Notes: generated by a model not told the origin, from the sequence alone. A stretch of 57,503 nt of DNA from a virus (IMGVR_UViG_3300022221_000009:1-57503); one strand, 5' to 3'; counted from the stretch's first letter, positions 7,483-16,880 are shown. Program-made: numbers and translations.

Positions 7483-7740
7483 TTAATTAAACACCATCAC
7501 CCAGGCCGCACGCAGCCGCTGTCGAAAGGTCATCCCTCCTATCAGCTGCGATCCAAGCGACATTAAATGCACAGCCATGACTGGCAAAGGCGTCCCTCGC
7601 TTGGTCTTGAAACCGAAATACTTTAATTGCTTACCGTCGTGGTAGATTATCTGCAACACCTCAACGCCAGTCTGCCGGTGCTTATCCAGCTTGAAGCCTT
7701 TAAACACCGGGCCTTTATAATTTGATTTTTTTTTGCTCAC
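7483..7740 (-). CDS. Hypothetical protein
   Basis: Basic ORF; GTG start coupled to the upstream stop. Confidence 0.5.
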   Translation of the reverse strand: MSKKKSNYKGPVFKGFKLDKHRQTGVEVLQIIYHDGKQLKYFGFKTKRGTPLPVMAVHLMSLGSQLIGGMTFRQRLRAAWVMVFN

Positions 7741-7931
7741 ATCTCTACTCCAGGAAACCAACGGTGATGATCACCAAGCCGGCGTTGAGTCTCCGGCAAC
7801 ACCTTCTCTTCCATCATTTCATAGTCGTTCAGGGCTTCCAGTACTCGTTCTTCTAACTCTTTTTGTGCCTGAAATTTTTCTATATTTCGTTTAGCTACTC
7901 CCAATTGCTGTTCGACCAGGGTTTCAAACAT
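7737..7931 (-). CDS. Probable C-terminal fragment of the split J-domain gene
   Basis: Frame stays open upstream to about 8005 (IRAIERYKGLKNKVRKKSEGPN-M). Confidence 0.45.
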   Translation of the reverse strand: MFETLVEQQLGVAKRNIEKFQAQKELEERVLEALNDYEMMEEKVLPETQRRLGDHHRWFPGVEM

Positions 7932-7999
7932 GTTTGGTCCTTCTGATTTCTTGCGGACTTTGTTCTTTAGTCCCTTATAGCGTTCAATTGCTCGGATGC

Positions 8000-8278
8000 T
8001 TAAAGAGTCTCTTTCTGGATAGCTATACCAAACAAAGCAATCAACTTATTCCTGACCTCAACCCAACCATCAGGGATATCACTCTCCCCGGTTTCATCAT
8101 ATTTAGCGCGTCGATTAACATCGTACAGAATTTCATAGGCATTATTCAGTTCGGCAAAAGTGTCCTTATCGCCACCGCGATCCGGGTGACACCGCATCGC
8201 CAGCCGTTTGTAGGCCGTCTTGATTTCTGCTTGAGTTGCATCCTTAGACACACCCAATACTTCATACGGATTTTGCAT
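8000..8278 (-). CDS. DnaJ/J-domain protein (possibly truncated)
   Basis: [15 protein letters not shown]...[15 protein letters not shown]...NAYEILYD; intact HPD motif. Confidence 0.85.
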   Translation of the reverse strand: MQNPYEVLGVSKDATQAEIKTAYKRLAMRCHPDRGGDKDTFAELNNAYEILYDVNRRAKYDETGESDIPDGWVEVRNKLIALFGIAIQKETL

Positions 8279-8687
8279 TTTGTTTTTTCTCCTGTGTATA
8301 AAGCCAGACATCGATCCAGCGTAGGCCGTCTTTGACTTTGGCTCTAAATGTTGATTTTGATATTCCAAACCACGTGAGGTTATTAGATACACCTTCTAAT
8401 CCGATATAGTTTGCAATCAGGATTTGTGCTAATTCCTTGTAACGAGGATGGTCGCTCATTTCATGCATAGCTTTTTCTATTTGTTCAGCATCATCATTGA
8501 CAGGTGGTAACTTCTGGCCTTTGCTGCGAATCATAACGCCGCCCATTTCGATTAATTCATATTCCAGCGTTTTAGATGCATATCCGTTTAATTCTCCATC
8601 CTCACGCCGACAGGCCCAGTTCGCCCACATCTTAACCAACATATCGATGTATTGGAGCCGCTCGTCATCGTACTGGCGCATGCTCAC
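8262..8687 (-). CDS. Antiterminator Q-like late regulator
   Basis: [12 protein letters not shown]-terminus and C-terminal HTH-like [11 protein letters not shown]; near the end of the delayed-early arm. Confidence 0.55.
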   Translation of the reverse strand: MSMRQYDDERLQYIDMLVKMWANWACRREDGELNGYASKTLEYELIEMGGVMIRSKGQKLPPVNDDAEQIEKAMHEMSDHPRYKELAQILIANYIGLEGVSNNLTWFGISKSTFRAKVKDGLRWIDVWLYTQEKKQNAKSV

Positions 8688-8967
8688 CTCTTTTGGATTT
8701 TATCGCTTTATTCAAAATAAGGCGGCAACCATATATCTCTGCTTTTTCCAGATAACTGTAATCGGACTGCTTTGCTGCATAACGCAAATGCCTGGAACTA
8801 TGGCCGTCAGCATAATCAGTGGGTGGTAATACATCAGCTAGTTCATATAGCAAAATAGTAGCCTCGCATTCGTCCAGGATATAAACTAAATCACTGTCCT
8901 TGACGCCACGGTTACGCTGTTCTTCGATATTTTCAAATATGGCTTCCATAACATTCATGGCTTCCAC
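8665..8967 (-). CDS. Hypothetical protein
   Basis: 100-aa ORF in a tightly packed operon. Confidence 0.55.
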   Translation of the reverse strand: MEAMNVMEAIFENIEEQRNRGVKDSDLVYILDECEATILLYELADVLPPTDYADGHSSRHLRYAAKQSDYSYLEKAEIYGCRLILNKAIKSKRGEHAPVR

Positions 8968-9704
8968 TCCTTGATTTCCCGTGGCAGGAAATTAAACAGA
9001 CTGTTTTCCAGCGCCCAATCCTGAATTAATCTGGGATGCACGTCGGTCAGAGAATCACAGATAAACACTTTCACAAAAGTTTCATGCGCCCAGCGTTCGA
9101 TATTCTCCATGGCTTTTTTGTCAAACCACTCTCTTGTACCAAGGACACTTTCCCCATCATTGTGTTGTTTCATGTGATATTCATGCTTCATGGGTACCCC
9201 AGAATACTCTGGCTTATAGCTGGTACCTGCCTCACCCGACCGGCGCACATGGCAATACTCGCAACGTGGCTCCAGTCCACCGCCTGGCGTCAGTTCCGCG
9301 TAGTCATAATCACCACTGATAATACAGGGCTGTAGGCGCGTCCAGGCTTGATAGTCTTCATCGGTCCCCAGTGCCTGCCATACTGGTTTAGCTCTAAAAA
9401 AACCATTTCTATGCAACAAATGGGCAAAACGACCCCATTCGCCCTTTTCAGGTTCAACAGGTGTAGCTTGACTCAAATCAACGCCGGACTGTTCATCTTG
9501 GTCACTAATTTGAATAGCGGCATCGAATATTTGCCCGGTAATTTGTTTTTTTCCGGTTCCTTTGGTTACGGTAAATTGCTCGAAAAACTCCACATCTTCA
9601 TCGGACTGCAGGAAAAACTTCACCATTGGCGCCCGACCGCTGCTATCCGACTTTTGCCAGCCTGCCAACTGTAGCTCTAATATTTTTGGTTCATTGTCTG
9701 GCAT
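8955..9704 (-). CDS. DUF968-like HNH/Zn-finger protein
   Basis: YQAWTRLQPCIISG...CHVR...VPMKHEYHMKQH pattern. Confidence 0.6.
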   Translation of the reverse strand: MPDNEPKILELQLAGWQKSDSSGRAPMVKFFLQSDEDVEFFEQFTVTKGTGKKQITGQIFDAAIQISDQDEQSGVDLSQATPVEPEKGEWGRFAHLLHRNGFFRAKPVWQALGTDEDYQAWTRLQPCIISGDYDYAELTPGGGLEPRCEYCHVRRSGEAGTSYKPEYSGVPMKHEYHMKQHNDGESVLGTREWFDKKAMENIERWAHETFVKVFICDSLTDVHPRLIQDWALENSLFNFLPREIKEWKP

Positions 9705-9942
9705 GGGTATCCTCTAATTGTTTTTGTAGGTCATACCCTTCCCTGGTTAAACTGTACCCGAGTGAAAAACGCTTTGATGAATTGCTTATAGCAACAAGTC
9801 CATCATCATTCAGGTCCCGCAGCAACCGACTCACACGAGCCGGATGCTGCGTTACAGTTTGATTGTTAAATATCTTGTCAAAACTTACCGATGTTTTAAA
9901 ACACGAAAGGTAATTAATGACTTGTTTTGTTAACTTAGACAA
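9691..9942 (-). CDS. Hypothetical protein, winged-HTH-like
   Basis: VSRLLRDLNDDGLV...YSLTREG pattern. Confidence 0.5.
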   Translation of the reverse strand: MSKLTKQVINYLSCFKTSVSFDKIFNNQTVTQHPARVSRLLRDLNDDGLVAISNSSKRFSLGYSLTREGYDLQKQLEDTHARQ

Positions 9943-9946
9943 AAAA

Positions 9947-10753
9947 TTACTTCTTCGTAAATGAGCCGATGAACGTGTTATCTACATTAAGTGTTTTTAG
10001 TAAGATATCTTTGAATTCCTCACACATTTCTTCCTTATGCTTCTCGAATTGAACAACACGCAATACTAACTCTGGCTTTTCATGTCGATTTGTGATCACA
10101 CTCAACCGCATCAGGAAATCGCGTTCTGCCAGTCCATCATATGGTTGACATGTGTATTTAATATAGGCTGGCAAATTTCCTTCATCGTTACGAATATCCA
10201 ACTCCTCCATACCGCTTGCCCTGTGGCCCAGGTTCTTTTCCTCGGTATTACTCTCCGATTTAAATGAAACGGTAATGTTCCGCACGGCTGCGATTACCTT
10301 CTTGATATCAATTGCCTGGCTATCTACTGTCAAGCCGATCATGTAGTCGCGCCAGTCCTCAATCCACTCTGCTAATCCTTGTTGGGTGTAAGGACAACCA
10401 TCAATAGCACACATCACTGTATACGGTGAAAGCTTTTCTAATAACAACTTGGCAGAATGTTCGCCATGGCCTGGTTGATCAACATCACCTAGATCGAAAT
10501 AAGCTTTAGCCGACATACTGTCTGCATCAATAAAGCACTTCGGTATATCCTGTTGACCCACGTATGATTGGAATTCATTAATAATCTTGGTTGAAAAGTC
10601 GCCACGGAAACGGGCAGGTGCTTCCATGTACTTTTCCATATTTTTGACTTCATACCCACTGGCTACTACCAGGGCAGGCACGTTTGTCTCAGGAACCAGA
10701 ATCGGATTTCCGGTTTTCTGAATATGTTCAATTGCAGATTTATCCATTGACAT
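9947..10753 (-). CDS. YfdQ/DUF2303 family protein
   Basis: MDKSAIEHIQ, RFRG, AEWIEDWRD and PYDGL motifs; paired with a YfdP-like gene. Confidence 0.85.
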   Translation of the reverse strand: MSMDKSAIEHIQKTGNPILVPETNVPALVVASGYEVKNMEKYMEAPARFRGDFSTKIINEFQSYVGQQDIPKCFIDADSMSAKAYFDLGDVDQPGHGEHSAKLLLEKLSPYTVMCAIDGCPYTQQGLAEWIEDWRDYMIGLTVDSQAIDIKKVIAAVRNITVSFKSESNTEEKNLGHRASGMEELDIRNDEGNLPAYIKYTCQPYDGLAERDFLMRLSVITNRHEKPELVLRVVQFEKHKEEMCEEFKDILLKTLNVDNTFIGSFTKK

Positions 10754-10783
10754 AATTATTTACCTCATATTTGTTGTATTGAA

Positions 10784-11164
10784 TTAGTCTTGCGTGACAT
10801 CACCCTTCCGATCAATAAAAGACTGTTGATTGCCTGAAATCTTACCGTCAGGAAATAAAGTAACCTTGCCACCGAAACCAACATGCATTGGAGTATTCTT
10901 GGTACTGCTCTCACCTTTAGAGCCATACTTGGACGGCTTCTTAAACTCCGTTGTTGTTTCAAAATTGACTTGTGAACCCTCGCCAATCTGCTTTATCTTC
11001 ATTTTGATATTAACCGTACCCTCTTTTTCGTTCGTCACAACTGCCAGTGCAACATCTGATAAAATCATAGCGAGCTTTTCCTTAAAAACACCGCCATCCA
11101 GATCCTCGATAAACTCATCGACATCAGTAAAGCGACTTGAAACTTCTGTAACATTATCTGCCAT
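10784..11164 (-). CDS. YfdP-like prophage protein
   Basis: TDVDEFIEDLDGGVF and TPMHVGFGGKVTL motifs. Confidence 0.75.
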   Translation of the reverse strand: MADNVTEVSSRFTDVDEFIEDLDGGVFKEKLAMILSDVALAVVTNEKEGTVNIKMKIKQIGEGSQVNFETTTEFKKPSKYGSKGESSTKNTPMHVGFGGKVTLFPDGKISGNQQSFIDRKGDVTQD

Positions 11165-11180
11165 AATAAATACCCCTAAA

Positions 11181-11363
11181 TTAAATTAACCCTTTTTCCA
11201 TCGCCAACCACTCATGGATAGAAAACCATTTATCATCCACGTTATGCTCGTCTATCTGAGATAACGGGATCCATACTTCTTCATCACAGATCGAAAATAG
11301 GATCGACAGATCGGTGTCGTGGATGATGCTGTCGTATTCGATTTGCACTACATCGCCAGCCAT
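11181..11363 (-). CDS. Small hypothetical protein
   Basis: VWIPLSQI...EWLAMEKGLI, a common phage mini-protein pattern; start re-called. Confidence 0.6.
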   Translation of the reverse strand: MAGDVVQIEYDSIIHDTDLSILFSICDEEVWIPLSQIDEHNVDDKWFSIHEWLAMEKGLI

Positions 11364-11478
11364 AGCAACACCCCCGCCAGTACAAAACCAATAAAAGCTC
11401 CCCCGATAATTCCGGTCTGCGGATACCAAAACATCCACCATTTAGCTCTATGGAGAATCCAGTTTTTTATAAATTGTT

Positions 11479-12318
11479 TCATGATAGGGCTAACCCCTTC
11501 TGGACTTGATATTTCTCAGCCCGGTCGTTTAGCCAGACGCATTCGGTGCGCAGGCCTGTGCCTCTGCCGGCAGAGATGCGGGCCTTGGTTTCGTGGCGGG
11601 TCCAGTCGGCCAGAAGGTCGTCATATAGTTCGCTTCTATAGCCGGACAGGACGACATAGCCCTGGACTTGATGGAGTACCTGCAGCAGCTGGCGGTGATC
11701 GTCGTCGGTCATTTCGTGGCGGTAGACTAATGAGTGACTCATCTTTCTAGCGTCGTGCGTGTAAGGTGGATCGACATAGTGGAGTGTATCGAGGTCGTCA
11801 TTTGCCTGAATCACATCTATGGCTGGTCGGTTTTCAATTATTACGCCTTCAAGTCGTTCTCCGAAGCTGCGGATGTGTTCGGGATATTTGGCCCAGATGT
11901 GGGCAGCAAGGGAGTAAGCGCGTTTTGAATCACATCGAAATCCGGTTTTTAATCCAGAACTTCCAGCAGACCCGAAGCCTGCCTGTGCTCTGAACAATGT
12001 GCGACAGGCCTGTTCCACTGGGTCGCTGGAAGGCTGGTAGGACAATCTAAACTCATCACGAGAGAAGGGGGTCAGGATGCACTGTTCTATCAGTTTTTCT
12101 CGCAGGGCTTCATCACGCAGCACCCGGAAAACGTTGACTACTTCACCATCGAGGTCGTTATACACTTCGGCATAGCAGCGTTGTTTTTGCATGAGTACGC
12201 TACCGGCCCCGCCAAAGGGCTCGACATAGCATTGGTGTGCGGGGAAGAATTGCATGACCCAGGCAGCCAGTCGGAACTTGCCGCCGTGGTAGCGCATGAT
12301 GGGTGACACGACAGACAT
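11479..12318 (-). CDS. DNA adenine methyltransferase (D12 class)
   Basis: RYHGGK, YVEPFGGAGSV, YNDLD and catalytic DPPY. Confidence 0.9.
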   Translation of the reverse strand: MSVVSPIMRYHGGKFRLAAWVMQFFPAHQCYVEPFGGAGSVLMQKQRCYAEVYNDLDGEVVNVFRVLRDEALREKLIEQCILTPFSRDEFRLSYQPSSDPVEQACRTLFRAQAGFGSAGSSGLKTGFRCDSKRAYSLAAHIWAKYPEHIRSFGERLEGVIIENRPAIDVIQANDDLDTLHYVDPPYTHDARKMSHSLVYRHEMTDDDHRQLLQVLHQVQGYVVLSGYRSELYDDLLADWTRHETKARISAGRGTGLRTECVWLNDRAEKYQVQKGLALS

Positions 12319-12797
12319 TACAACCTCGCACTCATACTGGTCAACCGTGCCCCAGTAATCCCTGGCCGAAATATCACAAGACTATTCAGATAGCGGTTAT
12401 TCTTTTGCGGGACTCCGTCCAACTCAAACCAGATCCGATTTTGAATATTTCTTATTTCCGAGGCTTCCTGCAGGATGATGTCATGCCAGTAGTTGGTGTC
12501 GGTTGACGATAAAATCAGGGCCGCGATAGTGTTACCGTACTTGTGACACATGCGGGAACACCATTCGATCCACTTTTCCATTTTGTAATCCGGATCCGCG
12601 TATGGCGGATTCAGCCAGATCCGTTTTTTCTTAAACGTCATACTCAACACATTCTGATCGCGTGTTACGAACTTCTTGTGCTTGGCCGTACTGGGTTCTG
12701 CTGCGGCATCAAGCTGAAAGCGAAACTCTTCGTTACACCGGTTATAAAAATCCCATGGTGTGGCATAGCAGTTCTTGTCAAATTCCACTTCGCTCAC
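12318..12797 (-). CDS. Phage N6-adenine DNA methyltransferase
   Basis: ATP...F..LDAAA, WLNPPY and TDTNYWH motifs. Confidence 0.85.
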   Translation of the reverse strand: MSEVEFDKNCYATPWDFYNRCNEEFRFQLDAAAEPSTAKHKKFVTRDQNVLSMTFKKKRIWLNPPYADPDYKMEKWIEWCSRMCHKYGNTIAALILSSTDTNYWHDIILQEASEIRNIQNRIWFELDGVPQKNNRYLNSLVIFRPGITGARLTSMSARL

Positions 12798-13420
12798 ACG
12801 TACCCCCTGATAATCATTAATCGCCTTGCAATTGGATAATCATTTTTCAAGCGAACCAATAAACTCATCGTTTTAAAATCCTTTTCTTCCATATCAGAGA
12901 TTGTGACTTTCTTTATCTCTGCTTTTTTTTGTTTCACTTTACCTTTTGATGATTTCAATTCTTCTCTCACAGTTATTAAACCCTTATGATATTCTTCACG
13001 TTTTTTATCCCGATCATCATTCGACAATAAGCGTGACCGATCCTTTATTGCTCTATAGCAACTGTGATGATACTGAGGTGTGTAGTTCAATTCAAAACTG
13101 TTAACAGCCTCACCTATACACGCCTTCCTAAATTCCTCAGCACTTGGTGGCCAATCACCTTTCCAGTTTTCCAAGCCACGTTTTATATCTTCACCAGTCA
13201 AACCGGCCAACACTTGAGACCATTCTTCGACGGCAATCTTCTCATTGCCTTCAATCCCTGAAGCCCACTTATGCGGATATCGTGCATCGAATTTTTTAAA
13301 TAGCGCACTAATCCAATATTTCGGTAAGCCCGTTTTGTTCAATATCCTGTCTGGCAATTTCGTCGAGTTCATCACTAACCCGTCTTGATCGGCTTCGAGT
13401 TTCTGTATTATTTTTTCCAT
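12794..13420 (-). CDS. Replication protein P-like helicase loader
   Basis: EEW...LAGL...IKRGL...WPPSAEEFRKAC pattern; overlaps the initiator gene; AGGTGA RBS before ATG 13420. Confidence 0.65.
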   Translation of the reverse strand: MEKIIQKLEADQDGLVMNSTKLPDRILNKTGLPKYWISALFKKFDARYPHKWASGIEGNEKIAVEEWSQVLAGLTGEDIKRGLENWKGDWPPSAEEFRKACIGEAVNSFELNYTPQYHHSCYRAIKDRSRLLSNDDRDKKREEYHKGLITVREELKSSKGKVKQKKAEIKKVTISDMEEKDFKTMSLLVRLKNDYPIARRLMIIRGYV

Positions 13421-14153
13421 TCGATTCACCTTTCTCTGTATTTTCATCCCAGCCTTGAGCCAGGGCGCGTTTACACCAGGATACAAATTTACCGGGCCAG
13501 TTATCGTGGACGGTTTGTTCAGCTGCATGGTGAGCAGCAAAGACTGGTATTTGTCTTTCAACCAACTTGTCATGCAAACCAGACATTTTGCATAAGGCTA
13601 ATCCTTCGGCACTGGGTTGCCAGTGCACATCAATCTGTGAATGACCATCCGGTAATGTAGTTAGATCTGAAGTTGAAATTGAAGATGAAGGGGTTGGATT
13701 TTGCTTATCCTTGGTTTTTGTTTTTTGGTTGTTATTTTGGTTAAGCAAATTAGGATTTCCACCCAATTTCCCTACTTTCGTCCTAATTTTGCGCAATTCT
13801 TCATCACGCACCATTCGTCTACATATCAGGATATTTGTATCTTCTTCACGGGTAGCGACACCGTGTTCTAACAGGGTAGTTAGCGTGGTCGTTAACCCTC
13901 TTTCAATGATTTGGTTGGTGTTTTGCTTATCCAAAATATCAACCAACGGTAAACCCAGTATCCTGGCGAGAACAACATCCGTCATTGGTTTGGTATTTAA
14001 CACAAGTTTTCCTCGTTCTTCTGATTCGTGCATTATCAATAAAATCTCAAACCAGACCCCTTTATCGTGATAATCCAATGATTGAATACCCGGGTCTTTT
14101 CGCCAATCCCCACCATAAAATTGTAAGGCCGGTAATTTTTTCGACTTCGCCAT
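13308..14153 (-). CDS. Replication initiator (O-like)
   Basis: PALQFYGGDW N-terminus, RRMVRDE...GKLGGNP, low-complexity centre and DnaT-like C-terminus. Confidence 0.75.
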   Translation of the reverse strand: MAKSKKLPALQFYGGDWRKDPGIQSLDYHDKGVWFEILLIMHESEERGKLVLNTKPMTDVVLARILGLPLVDILDKQNTNQIIERGLTTTLTTLLEHGVATREEDTNILICRRMVRDEELRKIRTKVGKLGGNPNLLNQNNNQKTKTKDKQNPTPSSSISTSDLTTLPDGHSQIDVHWQPSAEGLALCKMSGLHDKLVERQIPVFAAHHAAEQTVHDNWPGKFVSWCKRALAQGWDENTEKGESNGKNNTETRSRSRRVSDELDEIARQDIEQNGLTEILD

Positions 14154-14497
14154 TATGGTTTTTTACAATACTTTTCTTTCATCGCAAAAACACCACGGGC
14201 TGCTTGAGTAACTAAAGATTCTAAATCTTCGGTAGGGATAATTGTTTCATCTGGCCCATCTAACCTTTCGGATAACTCTGCCGGTACGACAACAAGACCC
14301 AAGGCATCCATAATTTCTTCAAAGTCTGCAATGGTTGTCAGCTTTCCTTTTCCTAAGCGTTCATCGACGGTGGATTTACTTAATCCAATTTTCTTACCTA
14401 GTGTTTCGTACACTAGACCTCTATCGTGCATGCGCCTCAGTAATAGCGTTTCTAATTTTGGTTTCATACCCATTACCTGTAGTTGTGCAGCATTCAT
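14153..14497 (-). CDS. CII-like/HTH regulator
   Basis: HTH YETLGKKIGLSKSTVDE plus IMDALGLVVVP; lies just upstream of the O-like gene. Confidence 0.6.
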   Translation of the reverse strand: MNAAQLQVMGMKPKLETLLLRRMHDRGLVYETLGKKIGLSKSTVDERLGKGKLTTIADFEEIMDALGLVVVPAELSERLDGPDETIIPTEDLESLVTQAARGVFAMKEKYCKKP

Positions 14498-14510
14498 GTA
14501 TCACCTCCAG

Positions 14511-14590
14511 ATGTGGATCCAGCTTCGTCCGAGTCCGTACAGACATATCCGGTTTCGTCCGGATCAGTCCGGGACAGTTCGATACGGTCT
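14511..14590. repeat. TCCG repeats with 10-bp period (CII-type site array)
   Basis: TCCG at 14528, 14548, 14558, 14568; TTCG at 14578; TCCA at 14518. Confidence 0.5.
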
Positions 14591-14761
14591 TGTGCAATAC
14601 AGTTTTTCATCGAAAAATCCCGTGTAATCCAGTTTAAGGTTTGGAAGAATTTGTTGAAAAGAAGGGAATGGAGAACACCGGAAGCAAAGCCCGTTGTTTA
14701 AATATCGAAGGTATATATAAGAGTATATGTGCCATGTTTTACCCCATTCCACCGCCACAAT

Positions 14762-14775
14762 ACAATAAATCTTGT
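14762..14775. promoter_or_regulatory. 434-type operator ACAA-N6-TTGT in the leftward promoter region
   Basis: ACAATAAATCTTGT beside a minus-strand TTGACT -35 box. Confidence 0.6.
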
Positions 14776-14850
14776 TATTTAGTCAACAAGTTAACATTTG
14801 TTACAGCGGCATATTTCTTGTTTGTTTTAATTGTGATGGGTAGGTAAATT

Positions 14851-15306
14851 ATGAATCGGGTATTGGAAAAACTGGGTATTGAAAGAATGGAATATTGGGA
14901 GCGGGTTCAGGCCGCGATGGAGTACGCTGGCCTGGGACCAACTAAGGTAGCCGCGATTGTCCGGACATTTCCGGACTGCGAAACTGTCAGCCAGCAAACA
15001 ATCTCACAGATTGGCACTGAGCGGCGCAGAAGCTCTAAATATACCGTGCAGATTGCGATCGCCACCGGCACACGCCCAGAATGGCTTGCAGCAGAGCGTG
15101 GTGACATGATTGATATAGAAACAGCCAAAGATCCCAAGCTGGAAAGTATTGCCCGAGACATGGTTAAAGACGCCCTGACAGCCAGAAAAATTAAATTAGC
15201 CAAAGAAACCATCGACCAACTGGTCGACCTGGCTTACGACGATGTATCCAAAGGCCAACTAACGAAAGCCAAGGTATATAAGCTAATCAAGCTTGTGGCC
15301 GCATGA
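14851..15306 (+). CDS. CI-like repressor (HTH; no S24 peptidase domain seen)
   Basis: Divergent from the cII/O/P arm; recognition helix VSQQTISQI and IAIATGTRPEWLA. Confidence 0.75.
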   Translation: MNRVLEKLGIERMEYWERVQAAMEYAGLGPTKVAAIVRTFPDCETVSQQTISQIGTERRRSSKYTVQIAIATGTRPEWLAAERGDMIDIETAKDPKLESIARDMVKDALTARKIKLAKETIDQLVDLAYDDVSKGQLTKAKVYKLIKLVAA

Positions 15307-15507
15307 AATGATCTCCAGGTACTTCAAGTACTGATCCTTACCGCTCAGTCCGTCATTGAGTATTTTCGCTGCCTGAACCGTTTTACGGGCTTCTGCCACG
15401 ATATCTGACTGCGTTGTCAGGATTGTGGCGCCTACCACTATCGTCACCAGTGACGAAACAACCGACACAAACACCAATTTTGTCAGTTCTTTAGTTAATT
15501 CCGACAT
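15283..15507 (-). CDS. Small membrane-anchored protein
   Basis: 74 aa with an N-terminal hydrophobic helix; immunity-region position. Confidence 0.45.
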   Translation of the reverse strand: MSELTKELTKLVFVSVVSSLVTIVVGATILTTQSDIVAEARKTVQAAKILNDGLSGKDQYLKYLEIISCGHKLD

Positions 15508-15574
15508 ACCCTACTGCCTCAATACCTACTAAATGTAACAGGTTATCGGCCAGTTAACGCTTTGTCTTCGTTAA

Positions 15575-15727
15575 TTATTGTAATAGAACAAGATATAAGA
15601 CAGTCAGCCCAGCAATAACGCCAATCAAAACCGCTAGTCCATATAGCATCGTGTTGTGTATTTTATTTTTATAAATTTCATTTCCGATTTTTTCTGCTAA
15701 ATCAAGCGTTTCCCCAATATTGCTCAT
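15575..15727 (-). CDS. Small membrane protein
   Basis: GGAGG RBS then MSNIGETL...; C-terminal transmembrane helix. Confidence 0.45.
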   Translation of the reverse strand: MSNIGETLDLAEKIGNEIYKNKIHNTMLYGLAVLIGVIAGLTVLYLVLLQ

Positions 15728-15833
15728 GTAGCCTCCATTATACCCCACTAATTTATACAGCTTTAAAAAATAGGCTAATTTTCTGGATTTAACAACCTGT
15801 AACAATTGAAAATATCGGTACAATCCTGTTAAT

Positions 15834-15878
15834 ACAATTTTTCTTGTTGACTTAAATACAATTTTTGTTGTATATATT
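15834..15878 (+). promoter_or_regulatory. Early rightward promoter with two 434-type operators
   Basis: ACAATTTTTCTTGT (15834-15847) and ACAATTTTTGTTGT (15858-15871) flank TTGACT at 15847; AT-rich -10 region. Confidence 0.65.
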
Positions 15879-15910
15879 ACATATTGAATGGGAAACAGGA
15901 ATGGGTATCC

Positions 15911-16117
15911 ATGTATCAACTCTTCACACAGTGCAACCGCATTACTGAGAAGCCTACCTTTGATGAGGCTGAACGGGCCGCCATTGCCTTCGCCGGGCAA
16001 GAAATGGTGGACGTGATTATCTACGACCCCGACCAAATCCCAGGACACATTGACCGCTGGCTGGTACGCGCTGGACAACCGTTTGTCCAGGCGGCGCATA
16101 CCAAGGTGGCGGCCTAA
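15911..16117 (+). CDS. Hypothetical protein, first early gene
   Basis: ORF directly after the early promoter; start uncertain. Confidence 0.45.
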   Translation: MYQLFTQCNRITEKPTFDEAERAAIAFAGQEMVDVIIYDPDQIPGHIDRWLVRAGQPFVQAAHTKVAA

Positions 16118-16204
16118 ATAACGGCATTAATTGGGAGTTCAGGCCTTTTGAGGTATTCCCACGGGCTGTGCGGGTTAAACATTAACAAAATAGGAGATAG
16201 ATTG

Positions 16205-16486
16205 ATGGATATTTCACACCTGAATAAAGCCGATGTTTTGGCTGCTCTGTACAACCATTCACGACCACAAGGTATGGGGTTTTTACATTACACGCCTGAA
16301 GACATGACAACCGAACAGGCGCAAAAACTTTTAGATGATGGCCACACATATTTTGATTACCTGCAAGGCCGAGTAATGAAGATTGATTTGCGTGGCGACG
16401 ATCTGAGAACCGTTCTTTACAACCGTGACAACGGCCCGAACGCTGCGGAAAAAGTGATCGCTTCATTATCTACGAAAACCGCCTAG
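16205..16486 (+). CDS. Conserved phage hypothetical protein
   Basis: AGGAGA RBS; VLAALYN..PQGMGFL and YFDYLQGRVMKIDL motifs. Confidence 0.75.
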   Translation: MDISHLNKADVLAALYNHSRPQGMGFLHYTPEDMTTEQAQKLLDDGHTYFDYLQGRVMKIDLRGDDLRTVLYNRDNGPNAAEKVIASLSTKTA

Positions 16487-16880
16487 CCGCTTCCCTCTTA
16501 CACCTTCTCTGAGGGTGTAAGGGAAAGGGTTAATACATTCGCCAATGAAGTGACTGACTATCACTGAGGCAAACAGTGGGTGGCAAGCATGGGAACTGAC
16601 AAGCCCATGTTAGGACAACAAGGGTTAGCCGGATGAACCGCCGCTTCATCCAGTATCTACCGGCTAGGGTGCTGAACTTGTCATTCAGCGGGTAATTACT
16701 TCTTTGATGTGCCTACGGGATCCAGGGCTGCCCGGCCCACGAACAACCCAGAGAAAGGCCCTGAGCCGGGGCGGAGCAGCCAGGTTGCCAGCCTGGGGAG
16801 AGTGCCAATACGCATCTGACTTCATTCAGTAGAGCGAGATAGCTTGGCAGCGATGTAGCTTACTGAAAGGCCAATGAATT
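16487..16880 (+). ncRNA. Candidate structured non-coding RNA/leader
   Basis: About 400 nt without a credible ORF and dense in hairpins (see findings). Confidence 0.45.

Noticed and set aside
13690-13935. Replication origin iterons
   Set aside because: TTTTGCTTATCC occurs twice and the region is AT-rich, but I see no clear iteron array; plausible but unsupported.
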